A DNA stretch of 64,000 nucleotides from Gemmatimonadales bacterium (GCA_041615815.1 JBFJCP010000010.1:32001-96000); one strand, 5' to 3'; shown: positions 48,500 through 58,606, counted from the first letter of the stretch. Program-made: numbers and translations. The notes: generated from the letters alone by a model not told the origin.

Positions 48500-48907
48500 T
48501 TACTTCACGTGCTTGTTCACCAGCTTCGTCATCTCGAACATGCTGACTTTGGTCTTCCCGCCGAACACCGGGCGCAGATTCGCATCCGCGTTGATCATGC
48601 GGCGGTTCTTCGAATCCTGCAAACCGTTCCGTTTGATATACGCCCACAGCTTCTTGGTGATTTCCGTGCGCGGCATCGGTTTGTTGCCGACGACGGCGGC
48701 GAGGTGGGAGTCCGGTTGCACCGGTTTCATGAAAGCCGGATTCGGTTTGCGCTTCGTCTTGGTCTTCTTCTTGGCGGTCACTCTTCGTCGCGCCCCCTTT
48801 CGCTTGGCGGTTTTCCTCTTCTTCGCCCGGCGTGCGGGCTTCCGCGCGGTCCTTCGCTTCTTCGTCGCGCGGCGTTTGGTTGCCTTCTTCTTGCGTTTCG
48901 CTCCCAT
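48500..48907 (-). CDS. SWIB/MDM2-domain protein with a histone-H1-like basic N-terminal tail
   Basis: GAGG RBS; about 58 aa rich in K/R/A/T, then NPAFMKPVQP..LAAVVG..MPRTEITKKLWAYIK..LQD..N..I.AD..L..VFG...MFEM. Confidence 0.9.
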   Translation of the reverse strand: MGAKRKKKATKRRATKKRRTARKPARRAKKRKTAKRKGARRRVTAKKKTKTKRKPNPAFMKPVQPDSHLAAVVGNKPMPRTEITKKLWAYIKRNGLQDSKNRRMINADANLRPVFGGKTKVSMFEMTKLVNKHVK

Positions 48908-49113
48908 TTGCACCTCGGAAATGGGTGGTGAACCTGTGACAACCAGCCACTGCACGTTCCACAAAGTAAGGCTTTCTCCCGGGAGAACAAGCTTTTTCCC
49001 CTCTGAAAACGGGGTGATTTCGGAGGGAAAATCGACGGTTTGCGCCTCCAACCCGTCCGACCGGTCACTCCACAGGTGTCGCGGGGTCGGTGGACTCTAT
49101 GGAATTGGTGTGT

Positions 49114-49638
49114 CTACGACGCTTCCTTTTTCTCGAAAAAGACGATGGCGGACGCGCTCCCTGGGGGGGGGTCCACACGCCGGAGCTGCTCGTAGCCGGC
49201 CAGTGTGATGAAACGAATGCCCGGCTCATGGTGGGCGACGATGGCGGTGTGAAATCGGGTGGCCCCCTGCGAGTGGGCCCACGCTTCGTACGCCGTGAGC
49301 GAAGCGCGGCCCAGGCCTTTTCCACGGTGAGCCGGGTCCAGGAGCAGCATCCCCATGGTCCACGTACCGGCGTCGGGCCAGTCGGTCAGGGCGTCCAGCA
49401 CACCCACCAACGCGTCATTCCCAGTGAATATCCCGATGGTCCGCTTGTCAGTTACCTGCTTACTGGGTGGACCGGCCACGTAGGCGCGGGCCGCCTCGTC
49501 GGCGGCGGGAGGTTGCCCAGTGGCAACCTCGAAATAATCGGTGGCCCGCTCGAACAGCGCTTGGAGGGAGCGGAGATCCGGCGGTCGGAGCAGTCTCGTG
49601 TGATAGCCGCCGCCTGGTCCCAGGGTCTCGAGCTGCAC
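49114..49638 (-). CDS. GNAT-family acetyltransferase
   Basis: LVGVLD, GMLLLDPAHRGKGLG, GIRF...GY. Start placed at GTG 49638. Confidence 0.85.
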   Translation of the reverse strand: MQLETLGPGGGYHTRLLRPPDLRSLQALFERATDYFEVATGQPPAADEAARAYVAGPPSKQVTDKRTIGIFTGNDALVGVLDALTDWPDAGTWTMGMLLLDPAHRGKGLGRASLTAYEAWAHSQGATRFHTAIVAHHEPGIRFITLAGYEQLRRVDPPPGSASAIVFFEKKEAS

Positions 49639-49646
49639 CCGATCGT

Positions 49647-49985
49647 CTAGGAATCCGTTGGGACCAGCAGATCCAGGATCTCCGGCCGGATCTTGGCCTC
49701 TTCCTCGATCCAATCGTTCACGGCCGAACCAAACCGATTGGGGAAGTTGAGCTCGAACTCGAGGAGCAACTCGTCGTCCCCGACAGCTTCGACACTGGAG
49801 TCGAACACCGGGTCGAAACTCCGTGCCAAATCGGCCAGGGCGATCGCCAAATGGATGAGGCGGGCTTGGCGAGACGTATCGGTGGCCGAGCGCAAGCGGA
49901 TCTGAACGTGCTTGCGGTAGACGGCGTGGGTGCTCTCACGCTCGATGAATTGGGCGTAGGTCGCTGAAGGCATAACGTTCGTCAT
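49647..49985 (-). CDS. Hypothetical protein (112 aa)
   Basis: Globular-looking composition; 8 nt upstream of the GNAT gene on the same strand; no family recognised. Confidence 0.6.
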   Translation of the reverse strand: MTNVMPSATYAQFIERESTHAVYRKHVQIRLRSATDTSRQARLIHLAIALADLARSFDPVFDSSVEAVGDDELLLEFELNFPNRFGSAVNDWIEEEAKIRPEILDLLVPTDS

Positions 49986-50135
49986 CCGGGTCTGTCGCTG
50001 CTTGTCGTGAAAGATAGCGAGAGGAGGGTAGGTGTGGGAGCAGCGTGGGTCTCAGCAGAATCCCGGGAGAGATGTGCAAGCCGGGACCGGGCTTGGGTTG
50101 TTTCACTCCCGGTCCATGGCCAGATTTGTTGATCA

Positions 50136-50208
<73 letters not shown>

Positions 50209-50303
50209 TGTGCGGAGACTTCCAGGATGCGATGCTGGCTCCACATCACCTGTATCGCGGGTCGTGAAGCGATCACAAGCGTCTATGGGCGTCGGCTCCA
50301 GCC

Positions 50304-50329
50304 GGAAACCCCGCGCCAAGACCGGTGTT
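50304..50329 (+). promoter_or_regulatory. ECF-type promoter (GGAAACC-N16-GTT)
   Basis: Same -35, spacer length and -10 as the motif upstream of degP. Confidence 0.5.
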
Positions 50330-50360
50330 TAATCATCGGATGCACGCAGGCATACGAACC

Positions 50361-50792
50361 ATGAAGCGACTAGCCTTGGTTCCGTTACTCATCGCAACGG
50401 CGGCGTGTAGCGGAAGCTCCGACGTCGATGCCGTCCCTGATCAGTCCAACGCGCTCGCGGGGCTACCCGCCGAGGTCGTTCTTGGCTTCGGCGACGAGGT
50501 CCAGCTGGACGGCAGCATCCTCCGACTGAGCTTTGCGGACGTGCTGGAGGACTCCCGCTGCCCCACGGACGTGACCTGTGTCTGGGAGGGGAACGGAAAG
50601 GTGCGGATCGGCATCGCCGCCGGCACGGGGCCCACTCACCCGCTGGACCTCAACTCCACCGTGGATCCGCGTGCGGTGGACTGGAACGGGGTCCGTGTGA
50701 CCTTGCTCGAGATATTGCCGCTCCCGCTCTCGACCGGGCCGATCCCGCTCGAGGATTACACGGTGCGACTCCTGGTCGAAGAGATTCCGTAA
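50361..50792 (+). CDS. Small lipoprotein with an EDSRCP..VTCVWEG motif
   Basis: MKRLALVPLLIATAAC lipobox; Cys pair; beta-rich. Confidence 0.8.
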   Translation: MKRLALVPLLIATAACSGSSDVDAVPDQSNALAGLPAEVVLGFGDEVQLDGSILRLSFADVLEDSRCPTDVTCVWEGNGKVRIGIAAGTGPTHPLDLNSTVDPRAVDWNGVRVTLLEILPLPLSTGPIPLEDYTVRLLVEEIP

Positions 50793-50813
50793 CGAGTCCG
50801 TCCACGCGGTGAC

Positions 50814-50849
50814 GAAAGCCCCTCGGATCTCCTCCGAGGGGCTTTCTTT
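50814..50849. terminator. Intrinsic terminator between convergent genes
   Basis: Perfect 14-bp stem GAAAGCCCCTCGGA / TCCGAGGGGCTTTC, 5-nt loop, then TTT. Confidence 0.85.
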
Positions 50850-50883
50850 ATGCCCGTCGCTCAGCGACTCCTGGCGCGAGCGG

Positions 50884-51477
50884 CTAGTGTTTCTTCAGCG
50901 GCTGCATCTTTGCCGGATCCTGGTACACCATCAGGTGTGCGTAGGGTGTCCCCGCGAACATGATGTACGCGCCGCTCGGATTCTCCTTGGTGGTGAACCC
51001 GCTGGTGGCCGCATCGAGCGGCCAGAAGAGCATCCAATGGGGCGGCTCGCGATGCAGTTTCGTGTTCGAGCCGGCCTTCATCAGGATCTCGCCGTCCGCG
51101 GTCTCATGATGGACACCGCCTCTGGCCATGTAGGCGATTCCCGGAACGGTGTTGGTGGGCTTGGGCTGGTTGGTGACGGCGTCGCGGAGCCATTGCGTCG
51201 CCGCCCGGTCCATACAGATCGGCGCATCCGGATCTCCCGGGACCCCCACGACGCAGGTAAAGCCGTTGCTCCCAACGCGAAGCTCGGTCAACACGCCGCG
51301 CGCGTCGATGCGGGCGACGGCGGCGTTGGCGGCGATGTGGGAGGGAGCTGCCGACTGAGCCAACGTGATGTACGCGGCGTCCGGCAGCGGTGGGCTCTTC
51401 TTCGGTGCCTGGGCACCCACGCACACGGGAATAGCGAGCGCACCGAGCGTGAGCCCGGTCAGGAAAGGGGTGCGCAT
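50884..51477 (-). CDS. Secreted hypothetical protein
   Basis: Signal peptide (VGA-Q); SAAP, GSNGFTC, PICMD, PGIAYM, PPHWM, GTPYAHLMV. Confidence 0.75.
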   Translation of the reverse strand: MRTPFLTGLTLGALAIPVCVGAQAPKKSPPLPDAAYITLAQSAAPSHIAANAAVARIDARGVLTELRVGSNGFTCVVGVPGDPDAPICMDRAATQWLRDAVTNQPKPTNTVPGIAYMARGGVHHETADGEILMKAGSNTKLHREPPHWMLFWPLDAATSGFTTKENPSGAYIMFAGTPYAHLMVYQDPAKMQPLKKH

Positions 51478-51615
51478 AGGTAGTGAACTCCTGCAGGATT
51501 GTGGCTGGCGGCGGGCACGCGGGCACTGTGTCCGCGGTCCCCGCCGGCGAGTAGTATAGCTTGTCCCACCGGGGCGACAATCCCCCCCCGGCGGTCACCA
51601 ATCCTGCCCGAAACC

Positions 51616-53763
51616 CTACTGCGCCGATCCCGCTCCGCCGATGGGAATTGCCCGCCCATCCATGCGAATGGGCAGCCGCCTGAGCCGCACGCCGGTCAGG
51701 GCGAACAAGGCATTGGTCACCGCGGGCGCGATGGGCGGCACGGCCGGCTCGCCGACCCCACCGGGATCTTCGGTGCTGTGGATGATGTGCACGTCGACCT
51801 CCGGCATCTCGCCCATCCGGAGTAATGGATAGTCATCAAAGTTGCTTTGCGTGACCCGCCCGCCTTCGATGGTAATCTCTCCATAGAGAGCGGCCGAGAG
51901 GCCGGTGACGACGCTACCCACCACCTGGGCGTCGACGGTCGTGGGATTAACGATCTGTCCGAAGTCCGCGGCGCAGGTCACGCGATGGACCCGCACACGC
52001 CCTTCGTCGAGCGAGACCTCGGCTACCTCCGCCACGAGCCCGCCCTTGTTCTCGACCAGCGCCACGCCCCTCGCCCGCCCCGCGGGGAGCGGTGTTCCCC
52101 ATCCTGACCGCTCGGCAGCCACGTCGAGCACGTGCCGCAGCCGCGGATGGCCGCGTAAGAGCTCCCGCCGGAGCTCGACGGGATCCCGTCCCGCCGCATG
52201 CGCCAACTCGTCCATGAAGCTCTCGACGATGAAGGTGTTCTGCGACGGGCCGACGGAACGCCAGTGGCCCGTAGGGACGGGCACCGGAGACCGGCAGTAA
52301 TCGATGAAGACGTTGGGGATGCCGTACGCCATGTCGGCCGCACCGTCGACGGAAGCTCCGTCGACGCCCGGGCCGCGCCGCGGGCCGCGACCGACGATGG
52401 GCGGCGCGACGATCCGCAGCTTCCACGTGGTGACGCGACCACTCGTGTCCACGCCGCCTTCGAACACATTGTAGGTGGCGGGTCGATACCAGTCGTGCTG
52501 CATGTCCTCTTCCCGCGTCCACACCACCTGCACCGGCGCCCCGATCTTCATCGACGTCTCCACGGCATCCTGCACGAAGTCCGTCCGGCTGCGCCGGCCG
52601 AGGCCACAACCGACATACGGGACGTGCACCGTCACGCGTTCCACCGGAAGCCCGGTGAGTTGCGCCGCCGCGCTCTGGGTACCCTGGGGGTTTTGTGTCG
52701 GTGCCCAGATCTCGCAGCGATCGGGCCGCACGTCGGCCGTGCAGTTCATCGGTTCCATGGTGGCGTGCGCGAGGTACGGCACCTCGTACGTGGCGTGGAT
52801 ACGCTTGGCGGCTCGGCGTAACGCCGCCTCCACGTCTCCCTCGTTGCGGGCCACGGCGCCCTGTTGTTGCGCGAGTTGGGCGAAGCTGCTCGAGATCTCT
52901 TGACTGCTCATGGAGAACTCGCCGGGATCCCAAGTGATGCGGAGCGCTTTTGCGCCCTGGAAGGCCGCCCAGGTGTTCTCGGCGACCACCGCCACACCCT
53001 GCGAGACCTGCACCACGTCCTTCACGCCCGGAATGGCCCGCGCGCGGCCAGCATCGAACTGCTTGACCGACCCGCCGAACACCGGACAATGCACCACCGT
53101 CGCGAACAGCATGTGGGGAACCCGCACGTCGATCCCAAAGGTCGCCTTCCCAGTGACCTTGTCGGGCGTGTCGAGCTGTCGCATGGGCTTCCCGATCAAG
53201 CGGAACTCGGAGGGATCTTTCAGTCTCGGCTCCTCCGGTATCGGAAGCGCAGCCGCGGCCTGTGTCAGATCTCCGTACGACAGCTCGCGGCCGGAGGGGT
53301 CATGGAACACCCGCCCCCGCTCTGTGCGGCACTGGGCGGCGGCCACGCCCCAGCGCGCCGCGGCGGCGGCCACCAGCATCTCGCGCGCACTCGCTCCAGC
53401 CCTGCGGAGCGTGGGCCACGCCCCGCCGCGAACGCTGCGGCTCCCCACCGTCATCTGCGAGCCGTATTTCGCGGGGTGGGCGTCGGCCGGGACGACGCGC
53501 ACGGTGTTCCAGTCGGCATCCAACTCATCGGCGATGATCATGGGGAGGGCCGTGCGCACGCCCTGTCCCATCTCCACCTTGGCCACCCAGATCGTCACGG
53601 TGCCGTCGGTATCGATTCTGAGGAACGCGTTCGGCTGAAACGACGCCGGGACGTCCACCCACGGCCGCTCGTCTGGGAGGTAGAAGCCCAGCGTGAGGCC
53701 GCTAATACCGACGGCGCCGGCCTTGAGAAAATCGCGGCGGTCGAGCTTCCAAACGGTTGCCAT
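51616..53763 (-). CDS. Xanthine dehydrogenase-family molybdopterin subunit (IorB-like), Tat-exported
   Basis: RRDFLK Tat motif; EMGQGVRT, AHATMEPMNC, WTREEDM, WRSVG, ESFMDELA, SNFDDY, GGVGEP. Confidence 0.9.
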   Translation of the reverse strand: MATVWKLDRRDFLKAGAVGISGLTLGFYLPDERPWVDVPASFQPNAFLRIDTDGTVTIWVAKVEMGQGVRTALPMIIADELDADWNTVRVVPADAHPAKYGSQMTVGSRSVRGGAWPTLRRAGASAREMLVAAAAARWGVAAAQCRTERGRVFHDPSGRELSYGDLTQAAAALPIPEEPRLKDPSEFRLIGKPMRQLDTPDKVTGKATFGIDVRVPHMLFATVVHCPVFGGSVKQFDAGRARAIPGVKDVVQVSQGVAVVAENTWAAFQGAKALRITWDPGEFSMSSQEISSSFAQLAQQQGAVARNEGDVEAALRRAAKRIHATYEVPYLAHATMEPMNCTADVRPDRCEIWAPTQNPQGTQSAAAQLTGLPVERVTVHVPYVGCGLGRRSRTDFVQDAVETSMKIGAPVQVVWTREEDMQHDWYRPATYNVFEGGVDTSGRVTTWKLRIVAPPIVGRGPRRGPGVDGASVDGAADMAYGIPNVFIDYCRSPVPVPTGHWRSVGPSQNTFIVESFMDELAHAAGRDPVELRRELLRGHPRLRHVLDVAAERSGWGTPLPAGRARGVALVENKGGLVAEVAEVSLDEGRVRVHRVTCAADFGQIVNPTTVDAQVVGSVVTGLSAALYGEITIEGGRVTQSNFDDYPLLRMGEMPEVDVHIIHSTEDPGGVGEPAVPPIAPAVTNALFALTGVRLRRLPIRMDGRAIPIGGAGSAQ

Positions 53764-53766
53764 GGC

Positions 53767-54225
53767 TCAACCCTCCCTGACGGCGCGGTGGATGGCCCGC
53801 CGCGTGCGATCGTACGTCCCGCAGCGGCAGATGTTGCCGGACATCGCGGCATCGATGTCCGCGTCGCTCGGGTCGGGGTTGTGCTCGAGCAGCGCAGCGG
53901 CCGACATGATTTGCCCCGACTGGCAGTACCCACACTGTGGCACGTCCTCCAGGATCCAGGCCTGCTGGATGGGGTGGCTCCCATCTCGGGAGATGCCCTC
54001 GATCGTCGTGATGCGCCCACGCCCGACGGTCGATACCGGCGTCACGCACGAGCGGATGGGCTGTTCGTCGAGGTGTACCGTGCACGCCCCGCATTGAGCC
54101 ATCCCGCATCCGTATTTGGTTCCAGTGAGTCCCAACACGTCTCGGATGACCCAGAGGAGCGGCATGTCTGAAGGGACGTCGACCGTGCGATCCCGTCCGT
54201 TTATGTGGAGTGTGATTCTGGCCAT
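53767..54225 (-). CDS. (2Fe-2S)-binding subunit (IorA-like)
   Basis: [37 protein letters not shown]. Confidence 0.93.
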   Translation of the reverse strand: MARITLHINGRDRTVDVPSDMPLLWVIRDVLGLTGTKYGCGMAQCGACTVHLDEQPIRSCVTPVSTVGRGRITTIEGISRDGSHPIQQAWILEDVPQCGYCQSGQIMSAAALLEHNPDPSDADIDAAMSGNICRCGTYDRTRRAIHRAVREG

Positions 54226-54430
54226 AGGCCCACCAAGGCAGAGGGTGAAGGGTACCAGTCAAGTATACGTCCACACGTGCACGTGGTCGAATTTGGAGCC
54301 GGCGACATGGTCTCTGGGCAGGGTGACCAGAGTCGCCACACGAGCCGCGTTCATCCGTTGAGACGGGTTTCATGCCATTTTCATTCGCCGCGGCCCAAGG
54401 TTATCGTGATCAGGCTTACGAGGAGACGAA

Positions 54431-54868
54431 ATGCCAGTACCCACGACGACCCATGTCCTTGGGGAAAATCTCGGGGGCCGGGCGCTCATCGTGGCTGCCG
54501 CACTCCTCGGTGGCGTGGTCACGACGGCTAAGACCCAGGAGATCTCTCGTCCGTCCCAAGTGACAGACGCGGCCGTGACGCGCGGCAGGGAGGTGTACTT
54601 CGGATTGGCCAGCTGTGTTGCTTGTCACGGCGAGTCGGGTCAGGGAACGGCGGAAGGGCCCTCACTCATCGATGGGGAGTGGCTCCGAGGGTCCGGAACG
54701 TACGAGGAGATCCTAGCGCAGGTTCTGCACGGTACCCCGCGGCGCGAGTCCAAGACTGGCAATCCGATGCCCATGCGCGGGTGGATCCCGGCAAGCGATG
54801 CCGACGTGCGGGCTGTGGCAGCCTATGTGTGGATGCTCAGTCACGACTCCCAAGGTCGTGACCCGTAG
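54431..54868 (+). CDS. Monoheme c-type cytochrome
   Basis: AGGAG RBS; hydrophobic signal; CVACHG, GPSL, PMPMRG, VAAYV. Confidence 0.88.
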   Translation: MPVPTTTHVLGENLGGRALIVAAALLGGVVTTAKTQEISRPSQVTDAAVTRGREVYFGLASCVACHGESGQGTAEGPSLIDGEWLRGSGTYEEILAQVLHGTPRRESKTGNPMPMRGWIPASDADVRAVAAYVWMLSHDSQGRDP

Positions 54869-54925
54869 AGGTGGGGGCCGCGGGTACGCGTTCACTCATC
54901 TAGCGAAATCCGTCTTGGCAGTTCG

Positions 54926-55339
54926 TTACGCTTGAACCGCCTCGACAGCGCGATCGTAATCTTCCGGTCTCACATAGAGCACGTAGCCGAAGCTCCCTTC
55001 ACCGGTGGTGACGCCGCTCGACGCATACACCGTCACGTTGGCGGCGTCGAGCCTCGCGTGAATGCTGGCGAGGGCGCCGAGCTCGTCATCGCCCTGAACG
55101 AGCAGGGCATGATGCGGACCCTCCGAGCGAAAGCCGGCCCGTCGTGCCGCGCTCTCGAATTTCTTGGGATCCTCGGGAAAAATCGTCAGCTGCGTGCGCA
55201 TTGGCCCGCTTGGAACTCCGGTGAAGGCCAGCAGATTGATCCCGAGGTCCGCGAGCCGAGAGAGAAGCTTGTATGCGTCCCGCGGTTCTTCGGGCTGCGT
55301 TACATAGTAGTAATCGGCCCGTCGTATTCGGGTAGCCAT
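54926..55339 (-). CDS. Tandem ACT-like domain protein
   Basis: GGAGG RBS; two units (L..LADLGINLLAF; D..GALASIH..L..ANVTV). Confidence 0.7.
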   Translation of the reverse strand: MATRIRRADYYYVTQPEEPRDAYKLLSRLADLGINLLAFTGVPSGPMRTQLTIFPEDPKKFESAARRAGFRSEGPHHALLVQGDDELGALASIHARLDAANVTVYASSGVTTGEGSFGYVLYVRPEDYDRAVEAVQA

Positions 55340-55402
55340 GGTTCCTCCCATGAGCGCGGTGTGCCCAGCGAGTCATTGCCGAATCTGGGGTGACACGCGC
55401 TG

Positions 55403-56719
55403 TTAGCAAAACCCCCGCTCGCGTAGTGCATCCCTTAGGTCCGGCCGTCCAATCTCCTGTAACTCGTATCGTGCCCGAAGCGCCGGCTTCGGCATGGCGA
55501 TCAGGCGTCTGAGATCGATCGGAGACGCCACGAGCACGAGGTCGGCCGGGACCTCGGCGATGGTCTCGGCGAGCTCGGCCACCTGCGCGTCTCCATAACC
55601 CATCGCCGGCAGTACCGGCCCCGTCTGCGGATAGGCGTCGAAGGTCTCCCGTATCGACCCGACGGCATGGGGGCGAGGGTCGACGACCTCGGCCGCACCG
55701 TATCGTCGCGCCGCGATCCAGCCGGCACCGAACGGCATGCCGCCGTGGGTCAGCGTCGGTCCGTCCTCGACGACGAGGACCCTTTTGCCTCGCAGGCGTG
55801 CGCCATCGTCGACGGTGATGGGGCTCGCGGCCTCGATGACCAGCGCACCCGGGTTGAGTAATGCTGCAACCCGCCGGGCCTCCTCGATCTGCTCCAATCC
55901 GGCCGTGTCCACCTTGTTGATCAGAATGACGTCCGCCATGCGCACGACGGTTTCCCCTGGGTGATAACGCAGGGCATGATCGGCCCGGTGGGGGTCCGTC
56001 ACTGCGATCAGCAGGTCGGGGACATAGAAAGGAAAGTCGTTGTTACCGCCATCCCAGAGAACTACGTCCGCTTCTCGTTCAGCCTGCCGTAGAATCGGCT
56101 CGTAGTCCACACCAGCAAAAACCGCATGACCCTCGGCGATGAGTGGCTCGTACTCTTCACGCTCTTCGATGGTCGTGTCGTGACGCTCCAGATCGTCGTA
56201 CGATGCGAACCGCTGCACGGCCTGCTTGGCCAAGTCGCCGTAGGGCATGGGATGTCGGACGACTGCCACCCGACGCCCAGCGTCCCGTAAGAGCGCAGCC
56301 ACCCGGCGTGTCGTCTGGCTCTTCCCACAGCCGGTCCGAGCGGCGCACACCGCAATGACGGGCACGGTCGCCTCGACCATCGTGTGATGGGGACCCAGGA
56401 ACTGATAATCGGCACCAGCGGCGAGTACTCGAGATGCTAAATGCATGACACCTTCGTGTGAGACGTCGCTGTAACTGAAGACCGCCACGTCCACCGCGAG
56501 CTCGCGGATGAGCCGCTCGAGATCGCGCTCGTCCTCGATGGGGACGCCGTCAGGATACTGCGGTCCAGCCAACGCGGCCGGGTACCGGCGGCCGGTGATG
56601 TTCGGAAGCTGCGCGGCAGTGAACGCTACGACCCGGTAGTCCTGATTCTCACGAAAATACGCGTTGAAGTTGTGAAAGTCGCGGCCCGCCGCGCCTAAGA
56701 TCAATGCTTTTAGGGGCAT
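55403..56719 (-). CDS. Predicted P-loop GTPase / cyclic 2,3-diphosphoglycerate synthetase-like protein
   Basis: GAAGRDFHNFN, RTGCGKSQT, RHPMPYGDL, TIEEREEYEP, WDGGNND, NKVD, EDGPTLTHG, LPAMGY. Confidence 0.8.
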   Translation of the reverse strand: MPLKALILGAAGRDFHNFNAYFRENQDYRVVAFTAAQLPNITGRRYPAALAGPQYPDGVPIEDERDLERLIRELAVDVAVFSYSDVSHEGVMHLASRVLAAGADYQFLGPHHTMVEATVPVIAVCAARTGCGKSQTTRRVAALLRDAGRRVAVVRHPMPYGDLAKQAVQRFASYDDLERHDTTIEEREEYEPLIAEGHAVFAGVDYEPILRQAEREADVVLWDGGNNDFPFYVPDLLIAVTDPHRADHALRYHPGETVVRMADVILINKVDTAGLEQIEEARRVAALLNPGALVIEAASPITVDDGARLRGKRVLVVEDGPTLTHGGMPFGAGWIAARRYGAAEVVDPRPHAVGSIRETFDAYPQTGPVLPAMGYGDAQVAELAETIAEVPADLVLVASPIDLRRLIAMPKPALRARYELQEIGRPDLRDALRERGFC

Positions 56720-57131
56720 AGGTCATTCCAGGGGGCTCGGTTGTACGTCTTACTCTTGGCGGTCACGCCGTGAAGGGAGACTGAATTGGGGTTGAACGGG
56801 TTGTGGGGTGAGCGGCCCCAGGGCAGCGGCATCTTCGGATCTACAACTCCTTCGATCTCGGACGCCGCCGTCCGCTCCCCGAACGCCGTCGGGCCGATCT
56901 ACGTTATAAGGAATACCGCGCCCAGGTCCTGGTCCGGGATGGCGCTCGGGAGATCGCGTGGGGTGACCCCGGGGGACGGCTCTGGAGCCCCGGCGGGCGC
57001 CACGGTTGGGGCAACACCGGATCGTTGGGATGCGGCGGACACGGCCGCAATCAAGAGCGTCATCTGGCACCAATGCAACTTCCCTGGTGCCATGGACGGC
57101 CAGCGTTCCAGGCGTAGAATTGCTTTCCATC

Positions 57132-57833
57132 ATGCCCGATTTGACCAACGCCCTCGTGTTCTACGTCGTCTTTCTGTTCTCGACGACGCTGCACGAGGCC
57201 GCCCACGCATGGGCGGCCAAAATGGGTGGCGACCTCACGGCCTACCACGGAGGGCAGGTCTCACTCGATCCGACGCCCCATATCCGGCGGGAGCCTTTCG
57301 GCATGGTGGTCTTGCCAATTATCTCCGTGTTGATTTCCGGTTGGCCGTTCGGTTTTGCGAGCGCACCGTACGATCCGCGGTGGGCCATGCGGTATCCCAA
57401 GCGTGCGGCGCTGATGGCGCTGGCCGGACCGGCGGCGAACATGGGGATCATCGTTCTCGCAGCCGTCCTTATCCGGGTTGGCGCGGGCGCTGAGGTCTTC
57501 CATTCACCGGAATCCGTACGGTTTGCGCACGTGGCCGCATCAGACGCCGGTGGCTGGTGGTCCGGGGTCGCTTTCGCACTCAGCGTGTTTTTCTCCCTCA
57601 ACATCGTCCTCTTTGCGCTGAACATCCTGCCGTTCCCGCCACTCGACGGCAGCGCGGCTGTGCCGCTGCTGCTGAGCGACGAGGCAACGGAACGGTACCA
57701 ACGCTTTCTCTGGGGCCAGCCGGCGTTATCCTGGATCGGGATCATCGTCGCCTGGCAACTGTTTGATTACGTGTTCCAACCAGTGTTCCTGTTTGCCGTG
57801 AACCTGCTTTATCCGGGAGTGAGCTACGGCTAG
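57132..57833 (+). CDS. Site-2 protease (M50) family protein
   Basis: LHEAAH, GD.T, ALAGPAAN, NILPFPPLDG. TAGAAT lies 11 nt before the ATG. Confidence 0.9.
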   Translation: MPDLTNALVFYVVFLFSTTLHEAAHAWAAKMGGDLTAYHGGQVSLDPTPHIRREPFGMVVLPIISVLISGWPFGFASAPYDPRWAMRYPKRAALMALAGPAANMGIIVLAAVLIRVGAGAEVFHSPESVRFAHVAASDAGGWWSGVAFALSVFFSLNIVLFALNILPFPPLDGSAAVPLLLSDEATERYQRFLWGQPALSWIGIIVAWQLFDYVFQPVFLFAVNLLYPGVSYG

Positions 57834-57834
57834 C

Positions 57835-58470
57835 GTGCGGTCCCTTCGACGATATCCCCTGTGGCTGGTACTCGGGCCCTGTTGGATGCTCGGGGCCTGT
57901 GCCAGCGCCGCGAGTGGCGGACCGACGACGGCCGGATTCGTGGACCGCACGCTGTCGCGGTTTGCCTACATCGGCGAGGGTGTGGGCGCCACGGTGATCG
58001 TTGGGACCCAGGCGGCGCGTTATCGCGAGGACACGCCCTACATGCCGGTGGAGATTGCCGTGGCGAACACCGGCGACGCCGTGCTCCGGCTGAGCCGCGC
58101 TTCGTTCACGCTCGTGGACGACGCGGGCATGCGCTACTCGGCGGTGCCGCCCAAGCCACTCCTCGAGCGCTATGACTTTCTGGATATGGATCGCGCGGCT
58201 CTGTCCGAGCTCACCGGGATCGCGGCCGCCACGTTTCCCGCATACCGTCCGGTGCCCAGCAAGTTCAGCCCCACACGGCAGGTCCGGGCTGCGGGTGCGT
58301 TCACCCGCGATGTCGTGCTCGACGAAGTGCTGCTGCCGCGAAGTGGATACCTGGTCGATTTCATTTACTTTGATCGACCCGCCGCGGGAATCCAAGGGCA
58401 TCGTTTCGAGCTGAGAGTCGAGGCACCGTCGCTGACCGAGACCATCGTGGTGAGCTTCGTGGTCGACTGA
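57835..58470 (+). CDS. Hypothetical lipoprotein (beta-sandwich-like)
   Basis: Lipobox LGAC; starts 1 nt after the M50 stop; alternating beta-strand pattern. Confidence 0.7.
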   Translation: MRSLRRYPLWLVLGPCWMLGACASAASGGPTTAGFVDRTLSRFAYIGEGVGATVIVGTQAARYREDTPYMPVEIAVANTGDAVLRLSRASFTLVDDAGMRYSAVPPKPLLERYDFLDMDRAALSELTGIAAATFPAYRPVPSKFSPTRQVRAAGAFTRDVVLDEVLLPRSGYLVDFIYFDRPAAGIQGHRFELRVEAPSLTETIVVSFVVD

Positions 58471-58606
58471 TCGCCCCGTTTTGTTTGGTGGACGCTGGCA
58501 CCCCCCATCATGCCCTCGGCTGAAGCGCCACCGGTTCAGATCTGCTTCACCGAGATTTCAGAAATTGCCGCCTAAGCTGCAGCTGTTGGGAGAGGAGGTG
58601 ACGGTC

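Noticed and set aside
49114..49985. GNAT toxin-antitoxin pair
   Set aside because: The upstream 112-aa protein shows no RHH/DUF1778 pattern, and the GNAT looks like a general acetyltransferase.
52864..54171. Other long shadow ORFs (e.g. 52864-54171, 61899-63170, 37330-38490, 15882-17012, 23765-24895)
   Set aside because: All overlap well-supported genes and have the R/G/A/P-rich composition expected from stop-codon scarcity in GC-rich DNA.
56710..57093. Minus-strand frame with an internal TAG (56899-56901), possible readthrough or pseudogene
   Set aside because: No recognisable family on either side of the stop, and no pyrrolysine or recoding signal; cannot be supported without a homology search.
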